Source of the DNA: Felis catus
Lineage: Eukaryota
Length of the DNA: 64,000 bases
Assembly (NCBI RefSeq): GCF_018350175.1
Contig: NC_058383.1
Location: 18,168,001-18,232,000, forward strand
Direction of reading: 5' to 3'
Part shown: positions 55,784 through 64,000 of the stretch, one piece after another
Position numbering within the stretch: the first letter of the stretch is position 1
Layout of the letters: each line of letters starts with the position of its first letter
Translations under genes and position numbers: made by a program
Notes under the pieces: model-generated
The model's input: the letters and a program-made list of their open reading frames with translations, nothing else
Databases searched by the model: none
Told to the model about the DNA's origin: nothing

Positions 55784-56663
55784 ATGTGGAGGGGAAACAG
55801 CCCAGGGGGTAACCCTGGAGCAGCCACAGAGGGAACCGGTGGAGAACTGGGGGGACAGGGGAACTGGGGTCTGGAAGATGCCCCAGGCCTCCTGGCCAGG
55901 GCCTCCCTGCCCATCGTGCCTGCGTGGCCATCGCCCCTGGCCTCCTCAGCCCTTACCGTGCTCCTTGGAGCCCTCACTTCCCTTTTCCTCTGGTACTGTT
56001 ACCGTCTGGGCTCCCAAGACATGCAGGCCCTGGAGGCTGGGGGTCGGGCTGGGGGTGTCAGTGGAGGGCCTAGGGGATGCTCTGAGACTGGCAGGCCAAG
56101 CCCTGGGAGCTCTGGGGAGCCTGGGGAAGGACTCAGGACAGAAGGCCTAGTGAGCCGTCGCCTGCGGGCCTATGCCAGGCGCTACTCCTGGGCGGGCATG
56201 GGTAGGGTGAGGAGGGCAGCTCAAGGTGGTCCAGGCCCTGGGGGAGGGCCAGGGGTCCTGGGCATTCAGCGCCCAGGCCTGCTTTTCCTGCCAGACCTGC
56301 CCTCAGTCCCCTTCGTGCCACGGGATGCCCAGCGGCACGATGTGGAGCTCCTGGAGAGCAGCTTCCCTGCCATTTTGCGGGACTTTGGGGCTGTGAGCTG
56401 GGACTTCTCAGGGACAACTCCTCTGCCTCGGGGCTGGTCCCCACCCCTGGCCCCTGGGTGCTACCAGCTCCTGCTGTACCAAGCAGGCCGGTGCCAACCC
56501 AGCAACTGCCGCCGGTGCCCGGGGGCCTATCGGGCACTGAGGGGGCTGCGGAGCTTTATGAGTGCCAACACCTTCGGCAATGCTGGCTTTTCTGTCCTCC
56601 TGCCTGGGGCCCGGCTTGAGGGTCGCTGTGGGCCCACCAATGCCCGGGTCAGATGCCATCTGG
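55784..56663 (+). CDS. ASPHD1: ASPHD1 coding exon 1
   Basis: MWRGNSPGG...RVRCHL G|gtaagt. Confidence 0.94.
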
Positions 56664-58665
56664 GTAAGTAGATGCTGCCTACAGACAACCTCTTTGCCTC
56701 CACGATTCCTCCTCCAGACTTTTCTCTGCCACCAGAGCTTTCTACACTATGGTTCTGATCATGCCTCTCTTCTCAGAAATCTTCCATGACTCCCTGTTGC
56801 CCACAGCAGCATTTCCTGAGCTTCAGTTACCTGCGAACCATCTTCATAAGCTTTGCCATGGTCATTTTCCACCTTGTACTGTTTTTCTCGATACTGATTC
56901 TCCCTACATTTTGTCTCGCTTATTTAAAAGGAATCTTTAGAGAACAATGATAATCAGTATTACTTGCTCCAAATAGAAAGGACCCATAAAAACAAATTTA
57001 AACTTAAAGAAAGAAGCAAGCTTTAAAAATCCCAGCTAAATAGTCTCTCTGAGGCTGAAGCCTCCACTCTCTTCCTTTAGAAGGGAGCAGTGTTGGTGGG
57101 GTGTTAAAGTTATGGTAGCACCAAACTGAGATTCTCTTCTTCATGTTTTAAAAGCTGAAAGAAAATGGAAAAGGAAACATTTTTTGTTATTTAATGTGCT
57201 GTTACTTAAAACCTTGTTTTGCCTAAAAGCATTTTGTGTGCTACCAGTTTGACGTGTTCTTCACTTCGAAGCACACCGGTCTCAGGATCAAGTCCAGATT
57301 CCTTCTCTCCTCATCTCCCACCTGTTCCCTTCCTCCCCTTCCCTCCCACCATGTGTTAAATCATGAGAGCTTTCTGGCTGATCCTGGCAGATGCCACACT
57401 CACGCTATCCTCAGTCTAGAATCTCTTTCTCCCTTATCACCTCCTGGAAAAATCCTACTCAGCCTTCAGGACTCCACTTTCAAGTGCCGCACCGCCTCTG
57501 GGAGGTCTATTCCCCATCATTGGAGTTGGTGCCCACTTTCCTCACAGCACTCTACTGTGTTGTGGTCTTGGGGCCAAAGTGGATCCATCAGTATTATACT
57601 AATGAGGGCCAAGCACACATTAAGTAGCTTCTTGAGTTAAATTGGCAGAAGCCCAAGAAAAGATGCCACTTCCTCCAGGGAGCCTTCCCTTTTCTCTGAA
57701 ACAAATATTGTGCTTTGCACTGCCTTTCCTGTATCTCCCAGTACTTCAGCTGCTACTATATCGTAATTACATTTGGGTCACCTTCCAGACAGCAAAGAGG
57801 GACACTACACGGGGTGCTTAAGACTTGCAATTCTGCATTTTGACTAAATGGGGTGGGCCCATTTGATGGAAGCAGGGGTGTTGGATGCCTGGGTCTCTTT
57901 CCACAGGCCTGAAGATTCCTCCTGGCTGTGAGCTGGTGGTCGGGGGAGAGCCCCAGTGCTGGGCTGAAGGACACTGTCTACTGGTGGACGACTCCTTCCT
58001 GCACACAGTGGCTCATAATGGTAATGGGCTCCCGTTCTGCTAGGAGGGATGAGAGACTGAGTGAAAGGGAATAGAGACTGCAGAATCAAGCCCAACCCGC
58101 TTCCTGTCCTAGCACCATCATTTTCCAGCTGCATGACCTTGAATGAGTCCTATAACTTCCCCAAACACCTGTGAAAAGGGGCGATCACCTTCTTTATTGG
58201 GTGACTGCAAGGATTAAGTAAGTTAATGTAGGTGCATAGCCAAGTGGTTAACAGCACAAGAGTCTGGGCCTGAACCACCTGGGTTCCAGTCCTACCTCTG
58301 GCACTTACTAGCTGTGTGATCTTGGGCAGGTTATTTAATCTCTCTGTGCCTCAGTTACTTTGTATAAAACGGGAATAATTGTGGTACTGACCCTCAAGTT
58401 TGTTCTGATGATGAAGAGCTAACACATACAAGGGGTTAGAACAATGCCTGGCACTTATTTACAAAGTGTTTGCTGTTAGGAGCACGTGGCAAGTGCTCTG
58501 GCATAGAAGTTATTAATGTCGGCTGCTCTCTTGTCTCCATCCCCATGTGCCCTAGGCTCCCCAGAAGATGGGCCTCGAGTGGTCTTCATCGTGGACCTTT
58601 GGCACCCCAACGTGGCTGGGGCTGAGCGCCAGGCCCTTGACTTTGTCTTCGCACCAGACCCTTGA
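55784..58665 (+). CDS. ASPHD1: Aspartate beta-hydroxylase domain-containing protein 1, 3 exons, 1104 nt, 367 aa: join(55784-56663,57907-58020,58556-58665)
   Basis: Type II TM segment ([18 protein letters not shown]), AspH-like DSBH ([16 protein letters not shown]...[12 protein letters not shown]...[11 protein letters not shown]), ends FAPDP*. Confidence 0.97.
57907..58020 (+). CDS. ASPHD1: ASPHD1 exon 2
   Basis: cacag|[14 protein letters not shown]...HTVAHN G|gtaatg. Confidence 0.95.
58556..58665 (+). CDS. ASPHD1: ASPHD1 exon 3 (terminal, coding part)
   Basis: cctag|[17 protein letters not shown]...APDP TGA. Confidence 0.95.
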
Positions 58666-58977
58666 AGGAAGGGGCTCCCTTCAGACATCTGGGCTGGAGA
58701 GATGCTGCACTCAGGGATGGCTTGAGTGGTAGCCAGGACCGCCTCTCCACTGCAGGGGGTGGGGTGGGGCTGCGGGTGGGAACGGACCAGCCAACACTGA
58801 AATACAGATTTTAAATCCTCTCCTAACTCCTGACTACCTTTTTCTAGCTACCAGCCCAGTTCAAGGCTTTGGGCAGGAGCTCCTGGCCTGTCCCATCCAA
58901 CTAACCAAGTACCTCCTTAACACAAGCCATCTCCCCGATCCTCTCCCTCAGAGCCAGCACCAGACCCTCAACTCAAC

Positions 58978-58983
58978 TTTATT
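58978..58983 (-). terminator. KCTD13 polyadenylation signal AATAAA
   Basis: TTTATT on + strand about 575 nt past the stop codon. Confidence 0.7.
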
Positions 58984-59557
58984 CCAATAATTTAATAGAA
59001 AATTAAAATAAATAATATGAAATAGATTGAGAAGATGGCTGAGCTGGTGCAAGCCCAGGCCAGCCTAGTACAAAGTTAAGGAGGTGGGGGGGGGGGGCTG
59101 GTGGGGGAAGGACGAGGGAGGGAAACTACCCTGCACGGCGCTGGGGAGGTGGTTCAGTAAGGGCTGGCTTGACACTTTGGCGTGTACTATGTGCTGAAAA
59201 AGCGGGGGGGGGGGGGGGGGACGGGGGGGGGGAGAGAGAGAGAAGGGGAGAAAGGGAGCTCTAAATCACTCTAAACCAGCTGGTGAGGGAAGAACAGGAC
59301 AAGAATGGGATAAGGGAACAAATGCAGGCCTTCTGAAGGGCTCTGACCTAGGGAGGGGGCTGGAATGTACCGTGCTGTTAGCAGTGAGGTGGGAATGAAT
59401 GGAAAAGGGCCACAGTGAACTGTACCATGCGATGAAGGGACAGAAGATGGGCCCACGACTTGGCCAGCAAAGCCGGGGCAAAGGTATGGGAAAAGGAGGG
59501 AAAGAGAGAGGAACTGGGTTCCAGTGGCAGGAGGAAAACAGGGAGAAAGGTCAAAGG

Positions 59558-59794
59558 TCAGTCCTTGAAGACAATCTGTTGGCCATGAGGACGCTCGTCG
59601 TGGGTGATGTGGCGCCGGACATGGATCCTGCGGACACGGTGCTCTCGGTTCTCCTCATCCTCCCCTCGGCCTGCCCCACCACCTCCAGCTGCACCCCCTG
59701 TGGCCTCCAGGAGGGCTGGGTCTGGACCCCGGGGAGTCTCGTAGATCAGGATGTTCAAGGTCTCCTCAAAGATCCGGGCCTCTGGGAACTCCAC
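59558..59794 (-). CDS. KCTD13: KCTD13 exon 6 (terminal, coding part)
   Basis: tgcag|[13 protein letters not shown]...IVFKD TGA. Confidence 0.95.
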   Translation of the reverse strand: MEFPEARIFEETLNILIYETPRGPDPALLEATGGAAGGGGAGRGEDEENREHRVRRIHVRRHITHDERPHGQQIVFKD

Positions 59795-62601
59795 CTGCAA
59801 AAGGCCAGCAACCCCCAGCTCCAACCCTCTGATCCAGATACACAGACGTGCCCCTCCCCCAGATGGCCCTGCACTGGCACACCCCTGAGCCTTTGCAATC
59901 ACAGGTTCTTTGGCCTGGACTATCTTCTTTGCAAATTTTTTACTCAGCAAAGTCTTACTTATCCTTCAAGGTCCAGCTCTAAAGTCAGGCAGAGTTATTT
60001 GTTTTCTCTCCTTTGCTGCCAAGTCTCTTGGTATGTTCTTTCATTTGACAAATTTTTACTGAGTGACTGCACTGTACCAGGCATTGTTCTAGACATTGAG
60101 AAGATAGCAGTGAACTAAACAAAGTTTCTATCTGCAGGAAGTTTACATTCTAGGGGGAGGACACATACAAGTAATAAAAAGGGGGCGGGATTGCCATGGC
60201 CAGGAATGTTACAATTTTAGAGAGGGAGTTCAGAGAAAGTCTCGTGGAAAAGGTGACATTGAACCAAGAGACAAAGGAGGAGGGAAGGAGCCGGGTGGAT
60301 AAGCAGAGAAAGAGCAGTCTGGGGAACAGGCAACAGCAAGTGCAAGAGCTCTGGGGCAGGAGTGCACTTAGTATAGTAAGGAGGGAGGCAGTGGAGAGAG
60401 TGGAAAGGAGTGAAGTGAGGAGGTGATGGAGGGTCTCTTTGTGTGGCCTGGAGGGATATAACTAACTCTTAACAAGCTGCATTCTCATTACTGGTTTATC
60501 TTGTTTTCCCAATTACAGTGGAAACTTCTTGGACGGTGGGTTGGTCACTCATTCATTCATGCATGCATTCAATGAATGTTTCCTAGCTTTCGCTGTGTGG
60601 CAAGTGCCTGTCTAGTACTAGAGAGATAGGAAGAAAAGATAGACCCCCTACGCTCAAGAAGCTAACCCCTTGCTGCTGGTGTGACAGCCCCCTATGTCCG
60701 CCTCTGCCTGCTGCAGACTAAGAAGGAAGTATGATCAACTCTGGGGTTGTGGGGTTGAAAGTTCATGAGCGAAGGTGTCCCAAAGAAAGCTGTGCTTGAC
60801 TTGCGTCTTAAAGATTAAGCACAAGTTCATTAGGCAGATGGGGCTGAGGAAACAGTCTAAGAAGAGGGACAGTGTGTACAAAGGTGGGGAGGTATGAGAT
60901 AGCACTGGGTGCTCAGAGGGTGTATCTGAGGCTCTTCCCTCATATCAAGGGCAGAAGGAAGTAGATGCCATGACAGAGGGCTGGTACTTAACCAGACATT
61001 TCATTCACCTTGATTTGAAGCCTGGTGCAAAGCTTAGTGCAGAGTAGGTGCTCAGGAAGTTATCTGCTGATGACTGTCATGTTAATGACTCAGGAATTAT
61101 ACACTCACTTGTTCTAAGAGACCTGTGTGTTCTAAGGTCCTGAGGTTTTAAAAGCCTATTTTGAGTCATGGACCCTTCTGAGATTCTAACAACTATGGTC
61201 TTTCTAAATGGAAAGATGCATACACACTCCCAAACTTGCAAACCACTTCCGGATAGCCTGGAGACCCAAATGGCCTAGGTAAAGAATCCCACTGTAATCC
61301 AACACCTTCATTTCATGGCAGAGAAACAGGCCCACAGAAGTAAGGTGACATGCCCAAGGTTACAAAAGACCCTGGAACTTGGAACTGCAGCTCCTAGCTC
61401 CCAGTAACAGACTCTCCGCTGCCTGGTCTGCTGAGCTGCCTTTGTCCAGTCCAGGGTCCTGGTGCTGCCCACCACCACAGCCCTCCCTGATCAGACTCTG
61501 AACCCCTTCTGACCTTGGTCTGCTTCTTTTCCGTGGCATAGACAATGGAGGTGCAGCACACCTCGGCGATTTTGCGGCCCTGCCCGTAGAAGGACCAGCA
61601 GCAGATCTCGTCCCCCAGTACATCCTTGAGGAAAAGCAGCCGCCCATGGAAGCGCAGGGCCAGTTTGTCAAACAGCTCGATGTTCTTAAGTAGGTTGTCA
61701 TCTGAAGTGCTGAGGACCAGGGGCCAGGAGGCCTCAGTACACTGGCTTCCTGCCCGCTGTTCCCCTAGCCTAGGGGCCCCCCTACCCAGCACTCTGGTCC
61801 TGCCCAGGGGTTTGGTGCCCAGCAGGGAGCTTCCTCCACCCCTGGGGCCAGGCTAAGCGGGCCTCAGGGAGGACCAGCATCTGCGGAGCAAATCCCAGCA
61901 CAGCGGAGTGGCTCCCAGTGCAGGCTCTGGGGCTGGGCTGCTTCACCTAATGTCCTAGACCAGCTGCTTTTTAACTGAGTGACACCAGGAAAGCTACTTC
62001 ACCTCTTGGTGCCTCAGTTCCCTCATCTGTAAAATGGAGATCACAATAGTACCGACCTCAAACGACTGTGAGGATGATGGGAGTTAATATGTGTGAAGCA
62101 CTGACAGCAATGCCTGTTACGGAAAAGCACTTAGTAAATGCCAGCCATTATCATCTAATCCTCACCTCAAGCCTGTTTACTGGTGATCACATTGAAGCTC
62201 AGGAATGAAAATGACCTGCCCAAAGTGCCCAGTGGGTAAGTGGCAGAGCTGGAACCCTGATCTAGGCAGGCCTTCTCTTTGTCCCTCTGTCCCTCCCCCT
62301 GGGCCCAGACCTGGGGTGTGCTTGAGCTCAGGACTCCACCCGGTGCACCTCCCGCCCCGTGGTGGTCACCTGGTGTAGGAGTACTTGTTGTTACTGCGGT
62401 TGTGCAGGAGCTTCACCACGGGCTGTTGGCGGAGAGAGCATGGAGAAGGGTGGGGGTCAGGCTGCAAGGAGAGGCCCCCGGCCTCCACCCTACAGGGCTC
62501 AGGGGCCTCACCTTGGAGGTGCTGGCCAGGAGCTGCTGCTCCTCCCGGGGAGATGTCACCGTGGGGATGAGGCACAGCGGGGACAGGTTCTCCCTTTTTT
62601 G
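59558..62601 (-). CDS. KCTD13: KCTD13 (BACURD1/PDIP1), last four coding exons; the 5' BTB exons lie beyond the window: complement(join(59558-59794,61514-61709,62370-62422,62512-62601))
   Basis: [13 protein letters not shown]..., [31 protein letters not shown]..., QTKVEFP (PCNA-binding motif across a junction), ends QQIVFKD*. Confidence 0.97.
61514..61709 (-). CDS. KCTD13: KCTD13 exon 5
   Basis: ctcag|[11 protein letters not shown]...EKKQTK|gtcaga. Confidence 0.95.
62370..62422 (-). CDS. KCTD13: KCTD13 exon 4
   Basis: aacag|[19 protein letters not shown]|gtgacc. Confidence 0.94.
62512..62601 (-). CDS. KCTD13: KCTD13 exon 3
   Basis: tccag|QKRENLSP...ASTSK|gtgagg. Confidence 0.94.
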
Positions 62602-63278
62602 CTGGAGAAGAAGCGGAAGGTGGTTAACAGCACAACCAAAGGTCACTCACTCCCCCACTTAAAAGCTGTCAAAAGTTGTTGTTGCCTTTGGGAAAAAAAT
62701 TCAGACTCCTTAGTGGTCCACAAAGCTCTGCAGGATTCAACCTCTCCGATCTCATCTCTACCACTCTCCCCCTACTTGCTGGGCTTCAGCCCCACCCATG
62801 GCTGTTCCTTGTGCCCACCCAGGTGTTTGCTGTTCCCACTGCCTGGAATGGTCTACACTGTTGTATGTATGGCTGGCCCCTTCATACCATTAAGATAACT
62901 CAAACAGTACCCCCCAGAGGGTGCTGGTCCAATTCCTGAAGCTCCCTGACCACTACTAGAGTAAAGTAGGCTCCTCTACTTCCTTTTCACATTAGCAGCT
63001 CATTCTTCATGGCTCTTAGTTCTTCACATTTTCTCACTTTGGGGTATGTTTGCTTATGATCTGGTCTCTTCTCACCTAGGGAATTCCTAGTATACAGTGG
63101 ATGCTCAGTGTCTGTTCAGTAAATGAACTTGGTTGGGTGGGATGAGGTCTGAGGCAAAACCAGATACATGGGCTTCTTTCCTCTTTCCTGTCTTTAAGAA
63201 TCTTTATGCCAAAACCCCTCTCACCTCTCTCAACCAGAAGATCTCTTAACTAGAAATTCCAGAAGATTTTTAAAAATT

Positions 63279-63470
63279 AGGGCACCTGGGTGGCTCAGTC
63301 AGTGAAGCGTCTGACTCTTGGTTTTGGCTCAGGTCATGATCTCACCCGGTTCATGTGTTTGATCCCCACATCGGGCTCCGTGCTGAAAGCGCAGAGCCTG
63401 CTTGGAATTTCTCTCCCCTCTCCTCTCTCTCAAAACAAACGAACAAACAAACATTAAAAGAAAAAAAACT
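63279..63470 (+). mobile_element. CAN-SINE
   Basis: Head, body and A-rich tail. Confidence 0.88.
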
Positions 63471-63479
63471 CATATGACT

Positions 63480-64000
63480 TTTTCTAAAATTAACATGGAA
63501 AAATAAAAGTCTATTACTTAGGTCAATTTTTAAAAAGAACCAAGAGAAAAGACTGACTCTATCATATATTAATGTATCCTACAAAGCCATATTAAAGAAA
63601 ACAGTGTGGTTTTGGTTTGGGGGAACAAACAAGAAACCAATGGAACACAACAGAGAGTTTGGAAACAGGCTGGTATATATATGAAAACATATTTATAAAG
63701 AGGACACCACATATCAGTGGGGGCAAGTATGAAGTATGTATTGGTTATTGCTGTGTAATGAACTATCTCCAAACTTGGCAGCTTAAATCAACAATAAATA
63801 TTTATTACCCTAGTGTCTGTGGGTCAGGGATTCAGGAGTGGCTCAGATGGGTCATTTTGGCATAGGGGTCTCCCTTGAGGTTGTAGTCATGTCACCCAGT
63901 GCTGCAGGAATCTGAAGACATGCCTGATTTGGACGGTTTGTGTCTGAGAAAGCTTATTCATATGGCTGGCAAGTTCATGCTGGCTGTCGGCAGGAAACAT
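63480..64000. mobile_element. Old L1 ORF2 fragment (about 63480-63725) followed by an MLT1-type LTR (about 63736 to end)
   Basis: CTACAAAGCC..AAAACAGTGTGG..CAATGGAACA L1-like; TGTATTGGTTATTGCTGTGTAA...CTGTGGGTCAGG MLT1-like. Confidence 0.55.

Noticed and set aside
59399..60118. 239-aa + strand ORF
   Set aside because: Antisense shadow of the KCTD13 last exon running into L2-like DNA.

Overview
Mammalian genomic DNA from a cat-family (felid/feliform) carnivore, judged by the abundant SINEC_Fc-type tRNA-derived CAN-SINEs. The window is syntenic to the human 16p11.2 BP4-BP5 CNV interval. Gene order: MVP (+, 14 coding exons, 890 aa), CDIPT (-, 6 exons, 213 aa), a spliced intact ORF opposite CDIPT (+, 5 coding exons, about 117 aa), SEZ6L2 (-, 18 coding exons, 923 aa), ASPHD1 (+, 3 exons, 367 aa) and the last four exons of KCTD13 (-). 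I read exon boundaries by hand from GT/AG sites, and all junctions keep frame. The main finding is the multi-exon ORF at 30060-33602, which the six-frame track cannot assemble. It sits where human has the pseudogene/lncRNA CDIPTOSP, but here it has a strong Kozak ATG, phase-consistent junctions, a stop and AATAAA, and repeated TQ motifs resembling LC8 ligands. Other notable items: a degenerate ~16-bp YCAY-rich array filling a SEZ6L2 intron, an intronic Sp1/NF-Y/CLEAR promoter-like cluster, a long-spacer RE1 site, a missing Fe-ligand His in ASPHD1, and nested transposons. Repeat boundaries and subfamily names are approximate and assigned by eye. Comparisons with human sequences are from memory.
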